NCBI RefSeq assembly: GCF_006345805.1
Contig: NC_043000.1
Coordinates: forward strand, 93,062,001-93,126,000
Length of the DNA stretch: 64,000 bases
Origin: Octopus sinensis
Taxonomy: Eukaryota
Direction: 5' to 3'
Part shown: positions 25,570-38,749 of the stretch, in pieces
How positions within the stretch are numbered: the stretch's first letter is position 1
Layout of the letters: every line of letters begins with the position of its first letter
Notes under the pieces: generated by a model
What the model was told of the DNA's origin: nothing
What the model saw: the letters and a program-made list of their open reading frames with translations, nothing else
The model's database searches: none
Made by a program: the position numbers and the translations under genes

Positions 25570-26760
25570 TCCACCTACAGGTCTCTGTCAAGCCCAAAAT
25601 GTTTTAGGTTCTGCAGAAGGGCCTGACCTGCAAACTCTCTGCATGTCACATTAACGGGATCACATCATGCTTGCCATCCATTGTTTCAGTATAACTCCAC
25701 CACCTCAGTATATTTCACTCTCCTTCTCTCATTCACCTCCTCAGTGCAGTCCTCCCAAGAAATGGAAAGTTCTAACAAAACTATGCTGTTGGATACTTGC
25801 AAGATGAACGCTATGTCTGGCGGCCTTCGTAATGTTGCAGTGATAGTTTCTTGGAACTTCAGTTGCTTTTCTAGGTTGACTCTTAACTCCCAGCCTTGTG
25901 CTGTTGCTCATAAACTTGGGAGATGGACTTTGCAACTGATGTCAACTGATACCAAGATTGGAAAAATAGTGATAATCTTCTTCATTTGGTGGAAGTGTCA
26001 GCAACAGCTAATCCCACTGCAGATACAGTTTGTTATAGCCTTTAAAACCTGGTCATGCTACTGGTGCTAGTATCTCTTCACCTGGGGCACTTGGATAGCT
26101 ACAGAGGGTATACAAATGTGCTTTGTATAGGGAAAAGTTGGCGACTCCAACTCCCATACAAGGACAAACACCATCTATTGATCTTCTCACTAATCAGATT
26201 TGCAACTCAAAAATAATCCTGATGAGTAAAATCCATGACACACCATCATCGACATAATCCTTTCCCACACCAGAATAAATCATGTCCTTAATTCTGCCAA
26301 TATAAATTTTCTCCAGCAAAAAAAAACACTGGTCAGATCAGCCACTTATCATTAAACTACTTGAAACAAGAATTTTCTCTCATGAGGCTCCACTTGGTAA
26401 AGCTTAGACATTAAGATTTTGCACACAACCACTTACTTCACTGCTGGGGGTTGACTCACTAGTGCCACATCCCAACACTCTTCTTGGCTCCCTGATCCTC
26501 AATCAATGCTCACAAGTCTTTCTAGATCAGCAGTTTCCTGTTCATTCCTTGCACTCTGTCATAGTAAGATATTGTACTGATATCCAGGCCAACCCTTCCA
26601 TGAAGTATAATACCTGCCAATACACTATAACTGTAATACAGCTCTGTAGCCTCAAAAGCTTCCATTGGTTCTGTCTCATCTTTATCTCAATACAACCTTC
26701 AGGGATTTCTGGGTAAACCTTCGAATTTCTCTATCCATTTTAGCAATGGTAACAACATAG
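25570..26760 (-). mobile_element. Decayed HERO-like RLE non-LTR retrotransposon, 3' part
   Basis: Across frames: HGRVGL, HDQVLKAI, WELRVNLEKQLKF, RPPDI, LLELSISWED..ERRRVKY..NGWQA*CDPVNVTCREFAG. Confidence 0.7.
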
Positions 26761-26804
26761 AAATCTCATTGGACTGTCAAGTCTACAGGAAGTATATATA
26801 TATT

Positions 26805-26848
<44 letters not shown>

Positions 26849-27126
26849 ATCCAAACATAAAAGCACAAAAAAACACAACAACGCGAGGACGTGGAACAAA
26901 TATAGTATTATTGGATACTCAGGAAAGAAGGATATATATATATATATATGTATGTATGTATGTATGTGTATATGTATGTATATATATATTTATGCATGTG
27001 TGTATGTATGTATGTATGTTTTAAAGTAATTATTTGTTAGGTAACCTAAACTGTGCCGGTGTTTTACTCATCATCTATTTATGCATTTTGTGTAATTTTT
27101 CCATGATATATATATATATATATATA

Positions 27127-28436
27127 GGAGATAATAAAAATATATGCATACATACAAACATATATGTACGTACCTACATCTACATGTATATATACATGCA
27201 TATATAAATAATTATACGGAAGTACAGGACATCACAATAAGACGTAGAAACAGAAAAAGCCAAAAAACAAAAAACAAGAAAACGGAAAACGAAAACCAAA
27301 TACAGGACAGGTTACACAAGGACAAAACCCCCGTCATCAGCTGTCGCTAGAGGAGTCAGGCATGTTTCGAAGCATACAGACACTAATCCAATAGGCCTTC
27401 CTGCGAGAGAATTAAAATAAAATTTCAAGCAGCGGGACAATGAGTACGAACACAAACGACGTAACAATAAGACTGCAAAATTAAAATACATGTACAAAAA
27501 AACAACACAAGAGGATGAACGAAAAAGCCTTTTTCTGGCATAGACAAACAATAAAACTGCAAAAATAAAAATACATGTACAAAAAGTACAATTAGTTACA
27601 AAACGAGAAAATAACAAGAATACTATACAGGAAATTAACCACACAAGGGGACGAACGAAGAAGCCTTTTTGCTGGCAAGGACGAAAGTTAGTAGCAGCGC
27701 GTGGAGGCAGTCTTTTCAATAGTGGTAACCACGTGTAAAGGAATTTTGTTTTATAGGCAAGGAAGAGGGAAGGAGGAGGGGACACGCGGCGAAGAGAGAG
27801 GAGGAGGGGGAGGGAGAAAGATTGAAAGGTTAAAGCAAGGGAGAGAGTACCGCATCTTCATATATAATATTAATATAAAAAAGGGGACCAAGAAGTGGAT
27901 CGAAACGACGAATCGGAACGAACCTGATGCGGGGCGCTGTCAGACAATAGGAGATAAATAAAAATATATGCATACATACAACATATATGTACGTACCTAC
28001 ATCTACATGTATATATACATGCATATATAAATAATTATACGGAAGTACAGGACATCACAATAACGTAGAAACAGAAAAAGCCAAAAAACAAAAAACAAGA
28101 AAACGGAAAACGAAAACCCAATACAGGACAGGTTACACAAGGACAAAACCCCGTCATCAGCTGTCGCTAGAGGAGTCAGGCATGTTTCGAAGGCATAACA
28201 GAACACTAATCCAATAGGCCTTCCTGCGAGAGAATAAAATAAAATTTCAAGCAGCGGGGCACAATGAGTACGAACACAAACAAGACGTAACAATAAGACT
28301 GCAAAATTAAAATACATGTACAAAAACAACACAAGAGGATGAACGAAAAAGCCTTTTTCTGGCATAGACAAACAATAAAACTGCAAAAATAAAAAACATG
28401 TACAAAAAGTACATTAGTTACAAAACGAGAATAACA
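27127..28436. mobile_element. Partial tandem (1.6 copies) of an ~823-bp non-coding repeat, Penelope pseudo-LTR-like
   Basis: Unit starts ggagat..aaaatatatgcatacatac at 27127 and 27950; second copy truncated at (TA)n; related copy at 51245. The class assignment is inference. Confidence 0.7.
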
Positions 28437-28448
28437 ATAATATATATA

Positions 28449-28478
<30 letters not shown>

Positions 28479-28480
<2 letters not shown>

Positions 28481-29000
28481 TACATGGAAAGATGTGAGCA
28501 TGAGAAGTAATATTCTTAAGCTTATAAACCTGGAAAAGTACAGGACAAATTATTACACCTGAAAAAGTATAGGACAAGCTATTACTTCTAGTAAAGTAAA
28601 GAATAAGAAACTATTTTACTTAAAATATTGCAGCAAAGAATGCCAGTTCTTCTAATTTAATACTCTTTACAGTTCTCATCTTTTTAATTTATTGTACAAA
28701 ACTCTTCAGCTAATTTGTAAGTTTGTCTAATTAGTCACTCTTTCCTATATTTAAGATAGTAAATTAGCCAAATTCTACTTAAATAAGTAAAGTGTTATTT
28801 GTAAACTATAATAAAATAATTTTTAATATTCAAATTTTAATTTTAGCTGCAATATTTTAAGTAAAATGTTTCTTATTCTTTACTTTACTAGAAGTAATAG
28901 CTTGTCCTATACTTTTACAGGTGTAATAACTTGCCCTGTACTTTTCCGGGTTTATAATCTTAAGAATATTACTTTTCATGTTCACATTTTTCCATATAAT
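28479..29000. mobile_element. Foldback/MITE with ~175-bp TIRs
   Basis: attacatggaaagatgtgagcatgagaagtaatattcttaag.. mirrors ..cttaagaatattacttttcatgttcacatttttccatataat. Confidence 0.85.
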
Positions 29001-29789
29001 CCATGATTTTTCCAGGCATTGCTGTTATAAGATAATTAATGATGTATCAATTAATAATTGAAGATTTTACCTTATAAAACACTGAAAGATAATATTTCAA
29101 TCTTTCCATGTAAGTGATGATAATATTTCAATTTTTTTTCATGTTTAATTTAAGTATATGTTGTGATTGAATTATTTGATATTACCCATCCACACCAAAT
29201 TAATGGCAGGGATTTTTACCATGCTGGTTGCACCATGGCTCACCAAAAATTACAAACAACAACACTCCAAAACCATCAGTTACCAGACACACCTTAAGTA
29301 ACCTAGATTTTAAGTTAGTGATAATAACACTGACTGCTGCTAATCTAGATCTATCAATAATTATTCAATACAAAAGTAATTATAAAAGCATATCAGATAT
29401 ACACAAGTTAAAATCATCTACATCCCATTAATATAAATTTGATTAATGAATAATCCATTTTAATTAATTTTGAAATTTATAAAGTAAATTTAGAATACAA
29501 GCACTTTTAACCAACGCCTTTTCTGGACAGCCTTACTACATGCCTTCAGGTATGCCCATAGAGACTCAGCCAAAATGACTATATTCCTGCCCCAATAAAT
29601 TTAGATGCATATATCGGAAGTATATAATGCATTAATGAACTAGCCTGATTAAATAATTAACTAAAAAGAAAAGGAAAGCAACTAAAAAGGAAAACCAAAA
29701 AAAAAAAAAGCAGAAAGCAAGTTAATTAAAGCTGAAAGAGAAAATTAATAATAAAAGTTAAACTTAACCTAATTCAGCAACATATTAAA

Positions 29790-30165
29790 AATAACTTTAT
29801 TAAATATTTCATTAAAAAAATTAAATGTACGAAAGGGAATGTTAACCTCAGCAGAATTTGAACTCAGGACATAAAGATAACAAAATATCACTAAGTATTT
29901 CATCCAGCATGCTAGCAGTTCTTCCAGCACACCACCTTAGAACATAAGCATTCATTTTAGAAATATATTCTTAATTAATAACTTTATTAAATATTTAATT
30001 AAAAATAATTAAATATACGAAAGGCAAATCTGACTTAGGCAGAATTTGAACTCAGAATGTAAAGACAGACAAAGTACTGCTAAGCATATTGCACGGTGCG
30101 CTAACGTCTCTGTTAGATTGTCGCCTTAGAATGTGAACATTCATTTTAGAAATATATTCTTAAAA
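29790..30165 (-). mobile_element. Two SINE A 5' halves within an old ~190-bp tandem duplication
   Basis: cagaatttgaactcag and cattcattttagaaatatattctt each occur twice. Confidence 0.65.
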
Positions 30166-30602
30166 TTATTGCTTGGGCTTTACTCTCTCACTTACATCCT
30201 TACTCACTTATTTTCCATTTCATGACATTTTACCTCATAACTCTTTTTCTACTAATTTTTGTTGAATGGGACTAATGATTCTGAATTCCTCATGCGTTTT
30301 TCTATTATTTAAGCCCAAGAAAAGTATACTTTTATTTTAAAATTTAAAAAATTATGTTAATTGAAGATGAACATCTGCCTTATTTCCCACCTTGAGGTCT
30401 CACATATTTTGATGCAACGTTTTTTTCTACTGAACCAAATTTCAAACTATTTAAGCCAAAGTGTAGCTGAGGAGGCATCCGCTTTAAAACTTTAACAGTT
30501 TGCAATTTTATTGAGAACTGAATTAGTAGTGAAGCTTGGAAGCTTCTACAATTGACAAAATGGCGGACTTAAGAATAACATCAAACACTACCATGGTTGA
30601 AT

Positions 30603-30642
<40 letters not shown>

Positions 30643-30941
30643 TATATGCATATAAATATATGCATATATATATATATGTGTGTGTGTGTGTACATATATA
30701 TATAACATGCATACTTATATTTATTAATTTGGGAACAGAATGGAGTAAAGGGAGCAAGAACACACATGAAAATGAAAAGTGTCACTAAAGAGGTCACGGA
30801 TGTGTGACGAAAAAATTTCCAGACAATGGACATGAGTTAAAATAATAAAATAAGAAAGTACTAAACGAATGAAGAAAAATATATGCATAGTACATGCGTT
30901 TATTTGCCAAAAGGAAAACCATCTCATACTTATATATATAT

Positions 30942-32338
30942 CATCATCATCATCATCATCATCATCATTTAGCATCCGCTTTCCATGCTAGCATGGGTTG
31001 GACGGTTCAACTGGGGTCTGGGAAGCCAGAAGGCTGCACCAGGCCCAGTCTGATCTGGCAATGTTTCTACGGCTGGATGCCCTTTCTAATGCCAACCACT
31101 CCGTGAGTGTAATGGGTGCTTTTTACGTGGCAGACGAGGCTGGCAAACGGCCACGATCAGATGGTGCTTTTTACGTTCCACCGGCACGGGGGCCAGGTGA
31201 GGCTGGCAATAGCCACGATCAGATGGTGCTTTTTACGTGCATGGTTCTCTTACATACCACCAGCACTGATATCACAGCTGCAATTTCCATTGATATTGAT
31301 TGATTTCGATTTTCACTTGCCTCAACAGGTCTTGACAAGCAGAGTTTTGTGTCCCAAGAAGGAAAGGTATGCATAAGTGGACTGGCTACATCCCATGTAG
31401 AGGCCACAGGTTATTGTCTCACTTGTCCTGCCGGGTCTTCTCACGTACAGCATACTTCCAAAGGTCTCAGTCTCTAGTCATTGCCTCGGTGAGGCCTAAA
31501 GTTCGAAGGTCGTGCTTCACCACCGCATCCCAGGTTTTCCTGGGTCTACCTCTTCCACGGGTTCCCTCAACTGCTAGAGTTTGGCACTTTTTCACACACC
31601 TATCTTCATCCATTCTTGCCACATGACCATACCAGTGCAATCGTCTCTCTTGCACACCACAGCTGATGCTTCTTAGGTCCAGCTTTTCTCTCAAGGTACT
31701 TACACTCTGTCGAGTGTGTACACTGACATTACACATCCATCGGAGCATACTGGCTTCCTTCCTCATAAGCTAACGCATGTCCTCAGCAGTCACAGCCCAT
31801 GTTTCACTGCCATGTAGCATGGCTGTTTGTACACATGCATCATACAGTCTGCCTTTTACTCTGAGTGAGAGGCTTTTAGTCACCAGCAGAGGTAAGAGCT
31901 GCCTGAACTTTGCCCAGGCTATTTTTACTCGAGTAGTTACACCTTCAGCACACCCACCCCCACTACTGACTTGGTCACCTGGATAATGGAAGCTATCAAC
32001 TACTTCTAGTTTTTCCCCCCAGAAAGTGACAGAAGTTGTTTTCTGCAGATTTTCAGTGTCTATTGCTCCTGAGCATCTGCCACATACAAAAACTATCTTC
32101 CCAGTTAGCCTTCCTTTGACATTGCTGCACTTTTTATGTGTCCATAGCTTACACTGGGTACATCATATAGAGTTTCAACCTATGCCTTTTCTACAGATCG
32201 TGCAGGGCCATCTACCTGTAGGCGTTTGTGGTTCGTCTACCTTCCTACTTATTAGGACTTTGGTTTTAGCTAGGTTGACTCTAAGGCCCTTCGATTCTAA
32301 TCCTTCCTTCCACACCTGAAACTTCTCCTCCAGTTCTG
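30942..32338 (-). mobile_element. 5'-truncated RTE-clade LINE (end of RT, C-terminus, 3' UTR, (GAT)n tail)
   Basis: [81 protein letters not shown]; (CAT)n on plus at 30942; TA repeats at both ends. Confidence 0.92.
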
Positions 32339-32391
32339 ATATATATATATGTATGTATATATATGTATATATAAATGTATGTATATATATG

Positions 32392-32422
<31 letters not shown>

Positions 32423-32752
32423 ATATATATATGTATATATATATATGTATGTATATATATATGTATGTATATATATATGTATATATGTATGTATATATAT
32501 ATATATGTATGCATATATGTATATGTATGTATATATGTATGTATGTATATATATATGTATATATATATATGTATGTATATATATATGCATATATATATAT
32601 ATATGTATGTATATATATATGTATATATGTATGTATATATATATGTATGTATATATATGTATATATATGTATACACACAATAAACACATGTACATAAAGG
32701 TATACATATATAGATATACAATACTTATATATGTATATTATATCTATATGTG

Positions 32753-32806
<54 letters not shown>

Positions 32807-32870
32807 GTATCATATATATAAACATATAGATACACATATATAAATATATACTTACATATAGAGATATGCA
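32339..32870. repeat. Long imperfect (TA)/(TATG) tract
   Basis: Direct reading. Confidence 0.95.
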
Positions 32871-33369
32871 TATATAGACCCATTGGTATATTTGTTAATT
32901 TCCTTCGCACAATTATTTTAAACATCAAACTTATTTTACTAGTTTGTTTCTAACTCAAAATTTCATTATATTTTAATTTATTTCATTATACCTCACATCA
33001 ATATCACTGATCAAACCAACATGATGATGATAAGAGATACACTAGGTTTTCTAAGACTGGCGCCAGATCAGATGGTTTGATATTGTTATGCCATACACTG
33101 CTCTGTGGTGCTCTGAAATGGCTCAGTGAAGAATGACAAAGTAGGCCATCTGAATAAATAATATCAAGAGAAAAAGTGAAAATGTAACAAATATAAAAAT
33201 GATTCAGGGAACAAAATTAATGACAAAATGTAACATAAGCAGACAGATGCATACACATACAAACACATTCACACACATGCTTATATACACATGCATTTAT
33301 AAATGTATGTGGGAGTATATATGTTTGCACTTATGTACTATGTACGTCTATCTCACTCTCTCTCTCTCC

Positions 33370-33415
<46 letters not shown>

Positions 33416-33764
33416 TATGGAGAAAGAGAGAGAGATAGGCTGTCTACTTTACCATGCTTGCAAGGTCTTGATGGAGTTTTAAAGAAGCATGTGTAGATTT
33501 TCTATAGCCAGATGCCCTCCCAGTTATCAACCCTCACCTGTTTCCAAGTAAGGTAATATTTCTCCATGACTAGACATTTTCTTGCAGAATGTTGAAAACG
33601 ATTGGCATTGCTTGTATGACAGGGACGTTCAATTACAATTATTGAGCTATGTCAAGTCAAAATGACATAAATATACACACACTCACACACATGCCAAAAT
33701 TGATCAAAGTCCATCCAAAGCCACAGACTTATAAGGCTGCTTCCTTAGATTCTGTGGCATCATC

Positions 33765-34330
33765 ATTATCATCATCGTTGTTTAACATCCACTTTCCATG
33801 ATGGCATGGGTTGGATGATTTGACTGTGGACTGGCAAGCCGGAAGGTTGTACCAGGCTCCAATCTGATCTGGTAAGATATCTACTGCTGGATACCCTTTC
33901 TAATACCAACCACTCCAAGAGTGTAGTGGGTGCTTTTTACGTGACACCAGTATGAGGGCCAGTCAGGTGGTACTAGCATTAACCATGCTTAAATAATCTG
34001 AATACTAAAGGATCAATTAAATATTTGTAAAAAAAGAAAAGAAGTTAAAGACCCCCTTCATTTATGAATGACCTTGGGATCGCACTTAGAAAATTCCACT
34101 TTGTGCCACAAGTCCAGAAGGCTGTATCAGGCTCCAGTCTTATCTGGCAAGATTTCTACAGCTGGATGCCCTTTCTAATGCCAACCACTCTGAGAGTGTG
34201 ATGGGTGCTTTTTAGGTGACACCAGCATGGGAGCCAGTCAGGCAGCACTGGCGATGATGATGCTCAAATGGTGCATTTTACGAGTCACCAGCATGGGAGC
34301 CAGTCAGGCGGCACTGGCAATGACCTATAT
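33765..34330 (-). mobile_element. Older RTE 3' UTR remnants, rearranged
   Basis: catcatcgttgtttaacatccactttccatg..ctggatgccctttctaatgccaaccactc, with the segment repeated. Confidence 0.7.
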
Positions 34331-34589
34331 ATATATTCCTCACCTTGACAGGATGCTGGTCCATTACAGGATTACTTAGTTTTTGCAAGCTGAGTGGCCT
34401 GGAGCAACATGAAGAAGCCAATAGATTAAGTACCAGGCTTAAAAAGAAAATAGTTAGCCCTGGGCTGCAATTTAAAAACTAAAACAAATAAAAGATATAT
34501 GAATGTACATGCATGTGTTTGTCTATGTATTGGATTACATTTGTACACTCTGAAAGATGATCTCTTCAGGTGGTATTGCTGTTGTCACT

Positions 34590-34930
34590 TTTCATCATCA
34601 TCATCATCATCATCGTTTAATGTCTGTTTTCCATGCTGGCATGGGTTGGATGGTTTTGACTGAGATCTAGAGAGCCAGCAGCTGCCCCAGGCTTCAATCT
34701 GACCTGGCAATGTTTCTACAGCTGGATGCTCTTCCTAATTCCAACCACTCCTAGGGTGTAGTAGGTGATTTCTATGTGTCACTAGCACAGGAGCCAATCA
34801 GGGTATTGGCTTCAGCCACATTCAGATGGTGCTTTTTATGTGGCACTAGCACAGGAGCCAGTCAGGCAGCCCCGGCATCGATCATGCTCAGATAGTACTT
34901 TTTACATGCCACCAGCATGGGAGCCAGTCA
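34590..34930 (-). mobile_element. Older RTE 3' UTR remnant
   Basis: (cat)n cgtttaatgtctgttttccatgctggcatgggttgg..ctacagctggatgc. Confidence 0.75.
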
Positions 34931-34988
34931 GAGGTACTTGTATGAGCCAACAAATTCTCAGTTCATTCCATGCTCTCAAACACATTTG

Positions 34989-35336
34989 AAGCAAGAGCAA
35001 TACCAACGTCCTCTCAACAATTAGCCAAAGATGTTTTTTTAATGAGAATATCTGAAATAAACTCAACTGCTCTCACAAACAAGATTACTAAAAATGAACC
35101 TGACCACTCTCAAAAATTAAATAAAAAAAGAAAAAAAACGGAAAAATAATCTAGAATCCTTGTCCAGAACCAGATTGATTCCGAAATCTAATAAGTTTGT
35201 GCCAGTCATGAGGCCAAACATCCCTGAAAGTTTCATCTGAATCCATCCAGCGGTTCTTGAGATATCTTGTCCACGGACAAACAAACAAACAAACATGACT
35301 GAAAACAATACTTCCGCCTTTGCTAAGGCAAAGGTA
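34989..35336 (+). mobile_element. Helentron-associated (HINE-like) non-autonomous element, copy 1
   Basis: (ACAA)n tract followed by a terminal hairpin cttccgcctttgctaaggcaaaggtaa; homologous to 57933 and 63198. Confidence 0.6.
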
Positions 35337-35744
35337 ATAAAAGATTTCTTGCTTGAAAACAGAAAAGTATATGTGACAGAAAGGGCATCTATGTCTCAAT
35401 ATTACTCATGCCAACATTTCGTACTAAGACAGACCTAAAATGAACAAATGTATGTGGAAAAGCATTGAATATAAGAAACGCTCCCAGAAACTTGACTATA
35501 AGACATTGTCAAGGTTATAGAATTGTAATTGTCACAAGGTGTTGTTAACTATTGTCATGACAGATATGAGATGCTGGTGGTAGAGCTGAGTTCAAGCTGC
35601 ATATAATTAATGCACAAATCTTATGAACAATCTACAGAATTTTATTTCACTGCACAAATATTTTCCATGATGGTTAAGAATTAAAGATGTGACAACAAAG
35701 TTTATACACTGGAAGAACAATTCTGTAGCTGTTACGTGTACAAG

Positions 35745-36070
35745 GTGCATGGCTCAGTGGTTAAAGCATTGGGTTCACAGTCATCAAGCAATGAGTTCGA
35801 TTCCTGGACCAAGCTGTATGTTCTATTCTTGAGCAAGGCATTTTATTTCATGTTACTCCAGTTCACTCAGCTGAAGAAATGAGTTGCAACATCACTGGTG
35901 CCAAGCTGTATCGGCCTTTGCGTAACATCAGTGGCATGGAGAGGAGAGGCTGCTATGTATGGGCGACTGCTGGTCTTCCAAAGACAACCTTGCCTGGACT
36001 TGTGCCACAAAGTGGAATTTTCTAGGTGCAATCCCAAGGTCATTCATGACTGAAGGGGGTCTTTACCCTC
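35745..36070 (+). mobile_element. SINE C-related element
   Basis: ggtgcatggctcagtggttaaagc..gagttcgattcctgg (A and B boxes). Confidence 0.75.
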
Positions 36071-36096
36071 TTTTTATTTTACAAATAGTTAATTAA

Positions 36097-36318
36097 TCCT
36101 TTAGTATTCAGATTACTCTGTCAAATGCAATGCTTATTTACTCACATTGTTTTGAATTAATCATGCATCATCTCGCAGCTTTGAGATATCAGTGATGTGA
36201 TTCTTTTTAAAATGACATTGTAGAGCAGGTGTGAGAGGCCAGACGTGTGGTCAGTTTCTTTGCTCATGAAACAGGTTGAATATTAGACCCATATATGACC
36301 AGATTAAATGTTAAAGGG
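36097..36318. mobile_element. TTAA-flanked MITE
   Basis: ttaa|tcctttagtatt ... aatgttaaaggg|ttaa. Confidence 0.55.
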
Positions 36319-37346
36319 TTAAGAAAGCTCTGTAATTAAGTTGCCGAGACAGGAGAAAGTATCCACACTAGGTTCCTGTCAGCGAACTTAGCTGCTGTCC
36401 AGGTTGTGTAAATAACTATTAAAAGCAGTACAATGAGGATGTGGTTAGCTTAGTTGAGGGTGATCCCAAACTGAAGTTTGGCACTCAAAGTGTGTCTATC
36501 TATTAGATTTGTAAAGAGATCTTCTAGCAGTTTCTAGAACGATACATCAATGATGATTCAATGCTGGTTGGCCCATAAATCAGCCGATCACATGAAAAAG
36601 CTGTTGCTAAGCCGTGATTTTAACTTGACAATTTGTCACCTTGGTTTCTTATTTTGCTACAGTAGAAAAGGATTTAAGGATGGACACACGGACACATTCA
36701 GAAAATGTATGTCAGAAGACAGAGGAAAAATGCATTCAGAATGTATCTAAGAGAACTCCATTTATCACAAAAATAACAAAGAAAAAAACCAAAAAACTTC
36801 AGACAGACAAACAAGCAAAAAAGAAGGGGATGATAATAAAAAAAATACAGGAAAGGTGTATTGGATAGATTTGAATAATTGGGGTCTAAGCACCCGAAAG
36901 TCAGGAATTAGGGAGGAAACAGAGGAAAGCCTTTAACCAGGAGTGGAAAGGAAATAACCTTTACTCAAGATTAGGAGGGCATTGACAGACATAATTGATT
37001 TATTGGTCATACAGGAATATATATCTGTAAACACATATGCAAAATCACACATAGAAAGAAGTACTTGTGCATGCAAAAATTCATACACTTATACACATAA
37101 TCATATCAATACATACATACATCCTTACACATATTTATACATACATATGTGTGTGTGTTTGCAAGTATGTATACCAATGTACATATATTCAGGCATACAT
37201 GCAAGCATGTACACACTCATGTATATGCACATGTATAAACACATAGAATTCTACATACCAACACATAGAAATATGTAGAACAAGGATAAAATACAAAAAT
37301 CCCACATACACACACACTCTGTCTCTCACACACACATATATATATC

Positions 37347-37377
<31 letters not shown>

Positions 37378-37838
37378 CTGCAAAAAAATAAAACTATGTA
37401 TGTGTAGGTATGTGTGTGTATGTATATATATATATATCCCTAGACAGATACATACATACACACATGCATACACAAAGGCAGGCATGCATGTATGGCTTGG
37501 CAATAAAGGCTGGAGTAATTAGGAATCATGCAAGATTGCGTGTAAGACTCTGTGCAAAGGACTAGGGTTATTGAGGTAATATAACACTTGTGCGGTTTGA
37601 CTGTCTCTTAAGATAATGCTCTGATTAGGGCCAACAGTTCATTATAAATACAGCAAGTATTTCACTTCACTACTGATGTTCCTGACAGGCAAGGGGTGTA
37701 GACTGGTGGATGAGGGTGTGAAGAAAAAGACATATGGGAAGATATATGCATTTATACAGACATGTATATATATATTTGTATGTGAACATGTGTATACATA
37801 TAGCTATATAAGTAGTATATGCATGTGTGTGCGTATAC

Positions 37839-37869
<31 letters not shown>

Positions 37870-38749
37870 TATATGGATACACTTGTATATGCATGTATGT
37901 GTATAGATATATAGATATATATACATGCACACATACTTACAGATACATATGTAAGCATATATGTGTGTGTACACACACAAACACATAAACACAAAACATA
38001 CACATATACAGAGAGAGGAAAGAGAGAGTGAGAGAGAGCAGAAGGGAGTAAGAAAAGAGACAGATGGAGATACATCTGTGTGTGTGTACACGTATGCTTG
38101 TTCATATATATATGTGTGTGTCTTTGTATGCAAATATATCTATATCTATATATATATATACATATACACACACATTTGTATGTATCTATGTATATGTATC
38201 CTTATTTGTGGATATGTGTGTTAGTTATATATCTTGGGTTTGTTTGGAGGTGTGTTTAAGGGCAGGTGGTTAGGGTATGCTTAGGTCTGGTGCAGTGTTG
38301 TCTGGTCATGCAGTGTAGCCGTTATTGCAGTGTACTCTAGTGTCATGTGGTATGTTATTAGAGGTGAGCAAATTGGTTCAATGTGGTGTGGGATGGTATG
38401 ATATGCTGTAATGTGGCATATGGTATGGTATCGCATGGTGCTAAGTTATTTCACTGTGAAGATGTGAGCTGTAAGGTGGAGGTGGGGGGGTGCAGCAGTA
38501 ATGGCAGTGGTGGCGGTGACAGGCTGTGTGATGTAGAATAAGACTGAGTGATGTTATGTAAAGCAGTATTTGAGTGTGTTACTGTGTGGTACTCTGGAAG
38601 TGCTTTGCTTTGTATGAATAAGATTAGAATTTAGATAGACTTAAACTGTAAAGATTTATATGTGCGTGTGTTATATATATATATATATATATATATACAT
38701 ACATACATATATAAATATATATATATATATGGATGTATGTATGTATGTA

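Noticed and set aside
27334-27368. Call as a canonical type II hammerhead
   Set aside because: There is GAC instead of a UH site and no stem I; kept only as a motif-level finding.
32175-32928. Many long YI/IY/MYV ORFs here and throughout the window
   Set aside because: Translations of TA/TG/TATG microsatellites.
36340-36710. X-box-like and forkhead-like words plus a strong acceptor (ttttgctacag)
   Set aside because: The motifs are half-sites expected by chance, and the downstream frame drifts into A-rich low complexity.
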